A stretch of DNA of 64,000 nt. Origin: Terriglobia bacterium. GTDB taxonomy: Bacteria > Acidobacteriota > Terriglobia > Terriglobales > Acidobacteriaceae. Below are positions 9,624 to 18,823 of this stretch, in pieces. The notes beneath the pieces are model-generated. The model worked only from the letters and a program-made list of their open reading frames with translations, did no database searches and had not been told where the DNA came from. Position numbers and translations under genes: made by a program. The stretch is from positions 70,464 to 134,463 of the forward strand of contig CAWGRA010000007.1 in NCBI GenBank assembly GCA_963824835.1, in the 5' to 3' direction. Numbering within the stretch: the stretch's first letter is position 1; every line of letters starts with the position of its first letter.

Positions 9624-10603
9624 ATGCCTGAAGCTTTTTCCACACAGACACATGTCGTCCCTGCGGATGCTGCAGGCCAGCGCCTGGACCAATGGCTCGC
9701 CTTGAAAATTCCAGACGTAAGCCGTGTGCGTGTGCAGCAATTGATTGAGCAGGAGAAGATCACGGTGAACGGAGCCAGCCCAAAGCTTCCATGCGGCTCA
9801 AAGGCGGCGAAGAAATCTTGATCACCGGACGCGTAGCTCTTCCGCCTTTGCATGCTTACGCTGAAGATATTCCGCTGGATGTGGTTTACGAAGATGATGA
9901 CATTGCCGTGATCAACAAGCCAGCCGGCATGACGGTGCATGCGGGATCGGGAAAGGGCGAGGCCGGCAGCAAGGGAACGCTGGTCAATGCCCTGCTGCAT
10001 CGCTTCGGCAATCTCTCGCAAGTGGACGATCCGTTGCGTCCCGGCATTGTGCATCGCCTGGACAAAGACACGAGCGGGCTAATGGTGGTGGCGAAGAATG
10101 ACATAGCGCATCGCAAGCTGGCGGCGCAGTTTTTGCATCGCGAGGTAAAAAAGACATACCTGGCGCTGGTGCATGGATGGCTGCCCAAGCCACAGGGCAC
10201 GGTGAACACTCCTATCAGCCGAGACCTGAAGCGCCGCGAACGCATGACAACCAGACGTTCTGATGGTCGAGCGGCGGTGACGCACTGGAAAGTATTGAAA
10301 TCAATAGAAGGAAAGCACGGAAAGTTTTCCCTGCTTGAAATAAAGATTGAAACCGGACGCACGCACCAGATTCGCGTGCATCTTGCCTCTCTTGGTCACC
10401 CAGTGGCCGGCGATGCTCTTTATGGCGCGCCACGTGCTCTTCCAGGTTACGTAGGTACAGCATCAAAGGCAGCATCTATGGGCAGGCACTATCTGCACTC
10501 TTTCGCGCTACAATTTCGGCATCCAATAAGTAACAAGCCACTGTCGTTCGAACAGCCCCTGCCGGCGGAACTCAAAGAGTTTCTGGACAGAGTGGGGGAT
10601 TAA
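9624..10603 (+). CDS. rluD: RluA/RluD-family 23S rRNA pseudouridine synthase (one frame correction near 9790)
   Basis: S4-like N-terminus (QRLDQWLA). VINKPAGMTVH, HRLDKDTSGLMVVAKN, GRTHQIRVHL. Confidence 0.85.
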
Positions 10604-10616
10604 GGACCCGGTTTTT

Positions 10617-11646
10617 ATGATGACCGAATCAAGAGTAGCTTTTTTGTCGATTTTGAGGGTCTTGGCCCTGTTTTGTGCCGCAGCCCTCGTGATTGGCGAC
10701 AGGGGCGAGTGGACATGCCCAGTCACTACTTCCGTCCGGTACGGGCGTCAGTGCAAACGTAGTCCCATTGGGCAGTGCGATTTCGGCAGATGACCCGCCG
10801 ATGCCGGTATTCCGGTCCAGAACGGATGAGGTCAACGTCATCTTTACAGTGACCGACAAGCACAACAGATTTGTAAAAGACCTGAAGCAGGCGCAGTTCA
10901 CGATCCTGGACAACAACATGCCGCCGCGCCAGGTAACAAACTTTGAATCGGAAACCGATCTGCCTTTGCGCGTGGGGCTGCTGATTGATGCCAGCAATTC
11001 CATCAAAGACCGCTTTAGTTTTGAGCAGCAGGCGTCCATCGAGTTTCTGCGCCAGATTATCCGTCCGCGGACAGACAAAGCGTTCATCCTGGCCTTTGAT
11101 GAGGTGACCGATCTTACGCAGGACTTCACTTCTGACATGAACCAGTTGACCCACGGTGTGAACGTGATTCATCCCGGCGGCGGAACCGCGCTGTGGGATG
11201 CTGTATTCACATCATGCCGGGACAAGCTGATGAACGAGCGCGCTGAAGGAACCAACGGTACGGTGCGCAAGGCCATCATCCTGGTTTCTGACGGTGATGA
11301 CAACCAGAGCCGCATGACGCGCCAGGAAGCTTATGACATGGCCCAGCGTTCCGGTGTGATCATCTACGCCATCAGCACCAACCTGAGCAACATTTACGAT
11401 AACGGCGACCGCAACCTGAAGATGCTGGCGGAAGCCACCGGCGGGCGTGCATTTTTCCCGTCGAAACTTCATGATCTGACCGGTGCGTTCAAATCGATTC
11501 AGGAAGAGCTACGCAGCCAGTACTCAGTTTCGTATAAGCCTGATCAGTTTGACGGCAGCGGCAGATACCGTCCGATTCAGATTATGGCAGAGAACAAGAA
11601 ATTCCACGTACGGGCGAAAAAGGGCTACTTTGTTCCTCGCCAGTAA
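10617..11646 (+). CDS. Secreted VWA/MIDAS protein, acidobacterial VWFA-related family, paralog 1 (one frame correction near 10690)
   Basis: Signal-like VAFLSILRVLALFCAAALV. VNVIFTVTDKHNRF, LLIDASNSI (DxSxS), GGGTALWDA, VSDGDDN, ELRSQYSVSYKP...VRAKKGYFVP. Confidence 0.85.
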
Positions 11647-11664
11647 TCGAGTACATCTTCAAAG

Positions 11665-11692
11665 AAGCCCAGCCATGGTGCTGGGCTTTTTT
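11665..11692 (+). terminator. Rho-independent terminator after VWA paralog 1
   Basis: aagcccagc-catggt-gctgggctt hairpin followed by a T-run. Confidence 0.75.
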
Positions 11693-11788
11693 CTGCTCGC
11701 AAAAAATCGGATAGTCTGCCGGCTCAGTGTGGGGGAAAGGTTAAGAATTGGGGGCCAGCAGCATATAATGTTCCGGAGAACACCCATC

Positions 11789-12805
11789 ATGCCTGCCCAC
11801 AAAGCCCTGATTGTTTTAATAGCCTGTGCGTTCCTGGCGGCTGCCACGGCGCAAAGCCAGACATCGTCACCTACTCCGGCTGCCGCGCCTCAACCTGGAG
11901 CGGCGCCGGCCGCAACACCGGCATCTGGAGCAGCGGCTCCGTTGGCCACGCCGGGGCCGGACGATTCTCCCTACAAATTCGGCGTACGCACGGACCTGGT
12001 TAACGTAATTTTTACCGTCACGGACAAGCATGGCCGGTTCATCAAAGACCTGAAGCAGAGCGATATCAAGATCCTGGACAACAATCTTCCTCCCCGGCAA
12101 GTAATGAATTTTGAAGCCGAAACTGACTTGCCATTGCGCGTAGGACTTTTGATAGACGCCAGCAACTCCATTCGCGATCGTTTTCTGTTCGAGCAACAAG
12201 CGGCCACTGAGTTTCTGCAACAGATCATACGGCCCAAAAGCGATCGCGCCTTTGTGCTTGCGTTTGACGAAGTCTGGGACCTCACTCAGGATTTCACCGG
12301 CGATCTGGACAAGCTCTCCAAGGGAATACAGGTGATTCGTCCGGGCGGTGGAACGGCGTTGTGGGACGCGGTGTATTTCGCGTGTCGCGATAAGCTGATG
12401 AAGGAGCACGATGCCGGTCCGGTGCGCAAGGCGATCATCCTGGTTTCAGACGGTGATGACAACCAGAGCCGCGTGTTGAGGCAGGAAGCGCTGGATATGG
12501 CCCAGCGAGCGGAAGTGATTGTTTATACCATCAGCACGAATCTCAGCAACATTCAGGACCAGGGCGATAAGAACCTGAAGATGCTGGCGGATGCCACGGG
12601 CGGCAGGGCGTTTTTCCCTTTCAAACTCCAGGACCTGGCGGACGCGTTTCATGATATTCGGGAAGAGTTGCGCAGCCAGTATTCGGTGTCATACAAGCCT
12701 GATCAGTTCATCGCCAATGGCCAGTATCGCCCGATCCAGATCAGCATGTCAGAAAAGAAGTTTCGCGTCCGCGCGAAGAAGGGTTACTACGTTCCTAAAG
12801 AATAA
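11789..12805 (+). CDS. Secreted VWA/MIDAS protein, paralog 2 (intact; tandem duplicate of paralog 1)
   Basis: MPAHKALIVLIACAFLAAATAQ signal and a P/A-rich linker. Same motifs as paralog 1; roughly three-quarters identical by eye. Confidence 0.9.
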   Translation: MPAHKALIVLIACAFLAAATAQSQTSSPTPAAAPQPGAAPAATPASGAAAPLATPGPDDSPYKFGVRTDLVNVIFTVTDKHGRFIKDLKQSDIKILDNNLPPRQVMNFEAETDLPLRVGLLIDASNSIRDRFLFEQQAATEFLQQIIRPKSDRAFVLAFDEVWDLTQDFTGDLDKLSKGIQVIRPGGGTALWDAVYFACRDKLMKEHDAGPVRKAIILVSDGDDNQSRVLRQEALDMAQRAEVIVYTISTNLSNIQDQGDKNLKMLADATGGRAFFPFKLQDLADAFHDIREELRSQYSVSYKPDQFIANGQYRPIQISMSEKKFRVRAKKGYYVPKE

Positions 12806-12827
12806 TGTCGCTTCAGCGCTTTTGATC

Positions 12828-13010
12828 TTGCGCTTCGCGCAAACCGCTGTCATTGTTTTGCCAGCTAGAGTTCGCGTGCTCCTGTTGCGGCGGGCTCGGA
12901 ACCTTCATCGTTGCGCTTCGCGCAAACCGCCGGTCATTGCTTTTCCTGCATAGAGTTCACGTGCTCCTGTTGCAGCGGGCTCGGCGCGTGCCCGGCCTCG
13001 CCCTTACCGG
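12828..13010. repeat. Tandem duplication of a ~83-nt repeat (units at 12828-12899 and 12911-12984, plus a tail)
   Basis: ttgcgcttcgcgcaaaccgc...agagttc[ag]cgtgctcctgttgc[ga]gcgggctcgg appears twice. A third diverged copy is at 35508-35607. Confidence 0.8.
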
Positions 13011-13037
13011 ACCTTGACTTGCCATCATCTTCGAAGA

Positions 13038-13117
13038 CGGTAGGGTTCCCTCGCTCTGCTCGGGATAAAGAACAAGACCACGGTAGGGCTGTCCCTCGCT
13101 CCGCTCGGGATGGAAAG
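13038..13117. repeat. Tandem ~43-nt repeat x 2 (CGGTAGGG..TCCCTCGCTC.GCTCGGGAT)
   Basis: cggtagggttccctcgctctgctcgggataaag and cggtagggctgtccctcgctccgctcgggatggaaag. Confidence 0.8.
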
Positions 13118-13142
13118 CAGAGGCTTTTATTCACTCCGCGTT

Positions 13143-14129
13143 TTATTCACTGGGCGCGTAATAGCCTTTGCGGGCCTGGATTTTCAAGTCTTTCGCCTTG
13201 ATCTCGATCTTGCGGAAGCTGCCGTCATGTCTTGGATCAGTGGGAGAATAGCCGATACTGTACTGGCTGCGCAGTTCATTTGAAATCTGCCTGAATGCAT
13301 CACCCAGCTTATTGGGATTGTTCACGGTGATCATGCGTCCGCCGGTCTGCTCGGCCAATTGGCTCATATCATGCGGATCAGAACCATAACGAGGATCGCT
13401 GATCAACAGGACGTAGCAGATGGTGTCAGCCTTCTGGGCGGCTTCAATGGAATCCTTCAATTTTTCGCGGCTGCCCTGATCAACGCCGTCCGTCATCACG
13501 ACAATCGCCTTGCGACCAACCTGCTTGCTCAGCATTTCGTCAGAAGCCAGAAAGATGCCGTCATACAGAAGGGTGCCTTTGGGATGAGAGATGGGAATGG
13601 GGCCCTGACCGATTCCGGGTACGCCGCCACCACCGCCACTGCCCACGTTGATCTTTGCTTTATCCAGACCACGGCTGAGCTGGTGGACGTCCGAAGTAAG
13701 GTCCTGCAATAAATCCACGCTGATATCGAAGCTAAGGACAAAGGCCAGATCTTTGTCAGTGATTACGCTGCGCAGGAAATCGCTACCGACAATTTTCTCC
13801 TCCGGAAGCATGTTTTGCATGGAGCCGCTGGAGTCAATCAGGATTCCCAGCGTCAGAGGCTGATTGCTTTCCGCGGAGAAGTACTTGATGGTTTGCGGTT
13901 TGCCTTCTTCGGTAATCTGAAATGCGTCCTTGGTGAGATTCGGCACCAGAGCACCGTGCTTGTCCTTGACATTGAAGTAGACGGTGACCAGGTTAACATT
14001 CTTGCGAAATACCGGCGGTTCGCCCTGCTGCTGGGTAGGCGAGGACTGGCCCTGGCCGGACGGCTGCTGGGCAAATCCCGGCACCTGCCAAAGCAGTGCG
14101 AGAACGAAGACGAACATAAAAGTCCGCAT
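13143..14129 (-). CDS. Secreted VWA/MIDAS protein, paralog 3 (intact)
   Basis: MRTFMFVFVLALLWQVPGFAQQ signal and a Q-rich linker. VNLVTVYFNVKDKHG, LIDSSGSM, VVMTDGVDQ, ELRSQYSIGYSP...IQARKGYYAP. Confidence 0.9.
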   Translation of the reverse strand: MRTFMFVFVLALLWQVPGFAQQPSGQGQSSPTQQQGEPPVFRKNVNLVTVYFNVKDKHGALVPNLTKDAFQITEEGKPQTIKYFSAESNQPLTLGILIDSSGSMQNMLPEEKIVGSDFLRSVITDKDLAFVLSFDISVDLLQDLTSDVHQLSRGLDKAKINVGSGGGGGVPGIGQGPIPISHPKGTLLYDGIFLASDEMLSKQVGRKAIVVMTDGVDQGSREKLKDSIEAAQKADTICYVLLISDPRYGSDPHDMSQLAEQTGGRMITVNNPNKLGDAFRQISNELRSQYSIGYSPTDPRHDGSFRKIEIKAKDLKIQARKGYYAPSE

Positions 14130-14389
14130 TACGCTGCCTTTCTAAATATGGCTATTAGGGTATGGACATTCTATTGGATGCGCTCTGCTTGCGTCCTGAA
14201 TGCCTGGAAAAGCTTACAATGTTAGCTAGATTACACCGCAGCAGAATGGAAGGGCCGGTGGGCCGGATCCAGAGACGGTCTTATATGCCGGAATTGTGCA
14301 AGATAAGCTGAAAAGATCGATCAGATATCAGGGTCCAAAGCGTCGTTTTGCATCATAAGGTCGTCTTATTGAGTGGAGGCTTGGAAAAA

Positions 14390-15686
14390 ATGTCAGGATT
14401 CGGGTCTGGTACTACAAAGCTGGTGGGTGTGTTCGCCTTATTGGTGGTCTCGCTATGGGCGCAGCAACAACAGCCTCAGAATATTCCGGACGCGCCAAAG
14501 CCCAGACCCCAGGCGCAACAAAGCCAGTTTCCAGACGACGCACCGCCCGCACCCAAGAATGATCATCCTGCGGACACAGGGAATGATGGGGCAGTGCCGG
14601 TGGCGACTCCCACGCCCAGGAGAACCGCGTCCTCAGCCAGGCATTGTCAGCAGCAGGGACGATCTTTACAAGATCAACATTGCCGTAAATTTCGTGCAAA
14701 TACCGGTGACGGTCAAGGACAGGTCAGGCCATCTTGTTTCCGGACTTACTCCGAATGATTTCACCGTGCTTGAAGATGGCACTCCGCAGCAGCTCAAGTT
14801 TTTCACCAGCGATCCTTTTCCGCTGTCGGCCGCGATTGTTCTGGATACTGATCTGCCGTCCACCACCATGAAAAAGGTGAATGACAGCCTGCCGGCTTTA
14901 ATCAGCGCATTCAGTGAATTCGATGAGGTTGCGCTGTATCGTTACGGGCACACCGTGCAACTGGTTTCTAATTACTCCGGCGCGACGAACGTTTCCACGA
15001 CCACCATCGCGAAACTAAAGCGCCCAGGGCGTGAAGGCGGACCGCCGATGGTCGGCGGCGGCCCTTTTTCTCATAACGGACCTTCACTCAATGGGCATGA
15101 AGCCGACCCAAGCGTTAAGCCACAGTCAGTGCCAGCGCCGGTGCAGGAATCCTATGTTTTGAATGACGCCATTCTGCGCGCGGCCCAGGATTTGAGTCGC
15201 AGGGACAAGACGCGGCGGCGGATCATCTTTGTGGTGAGCGATGGCCGTGAGTTAGGCAGCACAGCCCACTATGACGAAGTCAAGAAACTGCTTCTGGCAC
15301 AAAACATAGCGGTGTACGCGCTGGGAGTGGATACAGCGGCAATCCCCATTTATGACCGTCTGAACCGCGTGCGCGTGCCGGGCTTTGGGTACGGCAACAT
15401 TCTGCCCAAGTACGCTTCCGATACAGCCGGCGAAGTGTTAACGGCTTTTGATCGCAACGCGGTGGAAGCGGCATACGCCAAGCTGACGGACACAGCGAGA
15501 AATCAGTACACGCTGGGTTACACCACGCGAGCCACGCAATCGAGCAGCTATCGCGCGGTGGAGGTCAAGGTACATCGGGCGGGTTTAACCGTTTTGGCCA
15601 AACAGGGATATTATCCGCTGCCGCCATCGCCTTCACCGAACCCACAGGCGCAGCAGCCGGCGCAGCCACAGTCACAACCACAATAG
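14390..15686 (+). CDS. Divergent VWA-family paralog 4 with a degenerate MIDAS and P/Q-rich termini (one frame correction near 14620)
   Basis: Signal LVGVFALLVVSLWAQQ. INIAVNFVQIPVTVKDRSGH. VLDTDLPST replaces DxSxS. ~40-aa G/P insertion. NQYTLGYTT...VLAKQGYYPLP. PQ-rich tail. Confidence 0.8.
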
Positions 15687-15860
15687 GCTTTATGCACGCT
15701 TGCATGGTCAATGCCCATTCGCCATGCATGGTTCCGCGTTGTAAACGGCCACGCACCACGTTTTGTGCCCGATGTGATATAAACAATGCTTTCAGCAGCA
15801 TAGAAGGTCTTAACCGCTCGCCCGGCAACCATGTCAACGAGCGGTGACTGAGGACAGCCC

Positions 15861-16445
15861 TTGAGTTTCATCAATTTCGCGGCCAGGGAGATCAACTGCA
15901 AGATCGTCTATTACGGCGCCGGTCTGGGCGGTAAGACGACGAACCTGCAATTCATCTTTGATAAAACAGCCGACAAGCAGAAAAGCAAGATGATCTCGCT
16001 GGCAACCGAGACGGACCGAACGCTGTTTTTTGACTTCCTGCCTCTTGATCTCGGCACTGTGCGGGGCTTTAAAACCCGCTTTCACCTCTATACCGTTCCT
16101 GGCCAGGTTTTTTATGATGCCAGCCGCAAGCTGATCCTTCGCGGCGTGGATGGCGTGGTGTTTGTGGCTGACTCGCAGGAAGAGCGCCAGGACGCCAACA
16201 TGGAAGCCCTTGATAATCTTTACGAAAACCTGAAGGAACACGGATACGAGTTCAAGAAGATTCCCTATGTTCTGCAACTGAACAAGCGCGACCTGCCCAA
16301 TGCCCTGGCCGTGGAAGAACTGACTAAAGAACTGGTGCGCAAGGGTGAACCGGTATTTGAGGCCGTCGCCTTTCAGGGACAAGGTGTTTTTGAGACCCTG
16401 AAAGAAATAGCCAGGCTGGTTCTGGTGGAGTTGAAGAAGGGATAA
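15861..16445 (+). CDS. mglA: MglA-type Ras-like small GTPase (TTG start inferred)
   Basis: [82 protein letters not shown]. Colinear with Myxococcus MglA from memory. Confidence 0.9.
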   Translation: MSFINFAAREINCKIVYYGAGLGGKTTNLQFIFDKTADKQKSKMISLATETDRTLFFDFLPLDLGTVRGFKTRFHLYTVPGQVFYDASRKLILRGVDGVVFVADSQEERQDANMEALDNLYENLKEHGYEFKKIPYVLQLNKRDLPNALAVEELTKELVRKGEPVFEAVAFQGQGVFETLKEIARLVLVELKKG

Positions 16446-16457
16446 GGGATTGGCGGA

Positions 16458-17342
16458 ATGGCTAACTTTCTCCACGTTCTAACCCTCCTATTTCTGGTTC
16501 CTGCCGTTGTTCCCCAGGCTCAAGTTCCCGTAAGCGAGCAGAAACCTAGGCTCTCGTTCGTGTTTGGCGTGTTCGATAAAAGCGACGAACCAATGCCGGG
16601 TCTGAGAAAGGAACAGTTCAGCATCACGGACGATGGCCAGCCAGCCGAAATCATGGGGTTTGAGTCATCCACGAAAATTCCTTTGCGTCTGGGAATCCTG
16701 ATTGACAGCAGCAAGTCGAGCGGCGGATATCTGGCAAACGAGAAAAGAGCTGCGAGCTTCCTTGCAGAACACGTTGTTCACTCTGCAACCGACCATACTT
16801 TTGTAGCGGCTTTTGATGAGGTTTGGGATGTTGTTCAGGATTTCACCAATGATGCAGGCAGCCTTACCCAAAAAATCGATGGCATCAAGCCCGGAGGCGG
16901 GACAGCCGTCTGGGATGTGATGTATTACGCCTGCCGGGAAAAACTAAAAGAACAGCCGACTGATGGTCCGGTCAGGCGCGCCATCATTCTGTTTTCCGAC
17001 GGCAATGACAACATGAGCCATGTCACACACAATGAAGCCTTCAACATGGCATTGCGCGCCGGGGTCACCGTCTACATTGTTGCTCCGGAAGCACACAAAG
17101 CAGAAGACACTCTCAGGAAGATGGCAGCAAGCACTGGTGGAGAAGCGTTTTTTCCGACAAAACCTGCGGAGTGGGCCGCAGCGGTGAACCATATTGAAAG
17201 TGACCTTGAAAATCAGTACCTGGTCACCTACACACGAGCCACGCCAGCCACCAATGCAGAATTCCATAACGTGGAGATCAAGGTCAATGACCCCAAACTT
17301 AAGGTTCGATCCCCGCGAGGGTATTTCAGCCCAAAGCCTTAA
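16458..17342 (+). CDS. Secreted VWA/MIDAS protein, paralog 5 (intact; starts 12 nt after the mglA stop)
   Basis: MANFLHVLTLLFLVPAVVPQAQ signal. LIDSSKSS, GGGTAVWDV, LFSDGNDN, NQYLVTYTR...VRSPRGYFSP. Confidence 0.9.
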   Translation: MANFLHVLTLLFLVPAVVPQAQVPVSEQKPRLSFVFGVFDKSDEPMPGLRKEQFSITDDGQPAEIMGFESSTKIPLRLGILIDSSKSSGGYLANEKRAASFLAEHVVHSATDHTFVAAFDEVWDVVQDFTNDAGSLTQKIDGIKPGGGTAVWDVMYYACREKLKEQPTDGPVRRAIILFSDGNDNMSHVTHNEAFNMALRAGVTVYIVAPEAHKAEDTLRKMAASTGGEAFFPTKPAEWAAAVNHIESDLENQYLVTYTRATPATNAEFHNVEIKVNDPKLKVRSPRGYFSPKP

Positions 17343-17382
17343 CCTGGCGGTATTTCGGGCTCATTATCACTTTTCGCAATTG

Positions 17383-17410
17383 AAAAAGGCCGCTCGCAAG
17401 CGGCCTTTTT
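17383..17410. terminator. Bidirectional rho-independent terminator between convergent genes
   Basis: aaaaa-ggccgct-cgca-agcggcc-ttttt. Confidence 0.85.
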
Positions 17411-17428
17411 ACTGGCAGTTACAGGTCA

Positions 17429-18595
17429 CTATTTGTGGTCGATGGAGGCTGATCCCCCCAGGTCACGGCCCTTTGACATTCCTCGGCTGGCACGGGCTGT
17501 CATGGTATTGCCGCTGGAGTCTCCATATCGTTCAAGAAGCACCGGCACCAATGCACCTTCGGCTTCCTTGGTAAAGGTCAAACGGCTGTCCTTCATGTCA
17601 ATGCGGATGAAGTCGCCCAGCTTGATCTGGCCGGTGGCAACAAGGTTTGCCAAGGGAAAGACAATGTTCTTCTCAATGGACCGTTTCAAATGCCGCGCGC
17701 CATACTTGGGATCAGTACCCTCGCTCAGCAGGAACTTCTTGACGATGCCGGTGCAACTGAAGACAAACTGCTGGTTTCCGGTGGCTTGAAGAATCCTTTG
17801 CTGCACCATGCCTAATTCTATTTCCAGGATGTGCTCAAGATGTTCCGGCTTGAGGGTCTTGAAGACCACCATCTTATCAATGCGGTTCATGAATTCAGGC
17901 GAGAATTTGCGTCGCGCCGCTTCTTGAGCAGTGCGGGTGATCTTCTCATCCAGCCGGGTATCCACCACTTTCTCACTGTTCTTTGACTTGGCAAACCCGA
18001 GCCCGCCGGTGAGTATGTCACTCATTTCGCCGGCGCCGAGGTTCGAAGTCATTACGATGAGACATTGTGAGAGGTCCACGCGGCGGTTATCGCCAAGCGT
18101 GAGCGTGGCTTTATCCAGAATGCCCAGCAGCAACTGCCAGAGAGCGTCACTGGCCTTTTCGATCTCGTCGAAAAGCAGCAGCGTGAGCTTGCGCTTTTCC
18201 GTATGCCATTGGTTGAGGGCTTCCTGCGTCAGCAGAGGGTGCGTCTCGCGATGGCCAAGATAGCCGGGCGGCGAACCGATCAACTTGGCGATTTCATGGC
18301 TATGCTGAAATTCGGCACAATCAATCTTGATGACGGCCCGCGGATCGCCGAACAGCGCCTCCGCCATCGCTTCCACCACCCGGGTCTTGCCGGAGCCGGT
18401 GGGGCCCAGGAACAATAGATTGCCAAGGGGCCGCCCTGGAGCATTCAGGGATGCCAGGAACATCTGGTAAATCTCCACTACTTTATCAATGGCCGCATCC
18501 TGGCCAACGATCTTCCGCCGGAGGGCGGATTCGAAATCCAGCGCATCAGAGCTGCGCCGGCTTGGATCAAGTGCTGTATTAAGACCGGTCCTCAT
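17429..18595 (-). CDS. Stand-alone AAA+ ATPase corresponding to ClpA/ClpB nucleotide-binding domain 2 plus the D2-small domain
   Basis: 388 aa, intact. IVGQDAAIDKV, FLGPTGSGKT (Walker A), LLLFDEIEKA (Walker B), VMTSNLG, FSPEFMNRID, YGARHLKRSIE. No N-domain or NBD1. Confidence 0.85.
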   Translation of the reverse strand: MRTGLNTALDPSRRSSDALDFESALRRKIVGQDAAIDKVVEIYQMFLASLNAPGRPLGNLLFLGPTGSGKTRVVEAMAEALFGDPRAVIKIDCAEFQHSHEIAKLIGSPPGYLGHRETHPLLTQEALNQWHTEKRKLTLLLFDEIEKASDALWQLLLGILDKATLTLGDNRRVDLSQCLIVMTSNLGAGEMSDILTGGLGFAKSKNSEKVVDTRLDEKITRTAQEAARRKFSPEFMNRIDKMVVFKTLKPEHLEHILEIELGMVQQRILQATGNQQFVFSCTGIVKKFLLSEGTDPKYGARHLKRSIEKNIVFPLANLVATGQIKLGDFIRIDMKDSRLTFTKEAEGALVPVLLERYGDSSGNTMTARASRGMSKGRDLGGSASIDHK

Positions 18596-18823
18596 AATTG
18601 CCTCGCCTCTTCCGCAAGAGGACTCCTCCTTAGAAGAAGCCTAGAAGCTGAGATGGAGATGAGAGGTGCAGAGTTGTAATAACTGATTTGTCAACACCCT
18701 TGCTCTCAGCATCAGAATGTTAGATGCGGCAATGATGACAAAAGGCCAAGCACCAGCAGGCATTTTGATCAGAGTAGCTGGCGTCATGCTAAGATGCGTT
18801 GCAGACCCCGGAAAAGAGTTGGC

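Noticed and set aside
9464-10054. 196-aa minus-strand ORF overlapping the rluD 5' half
   Set aside because: It is antisense to a gene with clear pseudouridine synthase motifs and has no motifs of its own.
11483-11788. N-terminal 100-aa extension of the VWA paralog 2 ORF (ORF track 11483-12805)
   Set aside because: The extension reads through the 3' end of paralog 1, its stop and a rho-independent terminator. The true start is the ATG at 11789, which is followed by a signal peptide.
15687-15860. Search for an mglB (roadblock/LC7) gene next to mglA
   Set aside because: The 174-nt upstream gap is too short and has no suitable ORF. The downstream gene is a VWA paralog, and no roadblock-like sequence was seen elsewhere in the window. 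The absence is therefore reported as part of the finding, not as a feature.
18596-18793. Regulatory RNA or extra gene in the divergent region between the AAA+ gene and the glycoside-hydrolase-like gene
   Set aside because: I saw only a repeat-unit fragment (tagaagaagcctagaagctgag) and a plausible RBS. There is no convincing structure or ORF.
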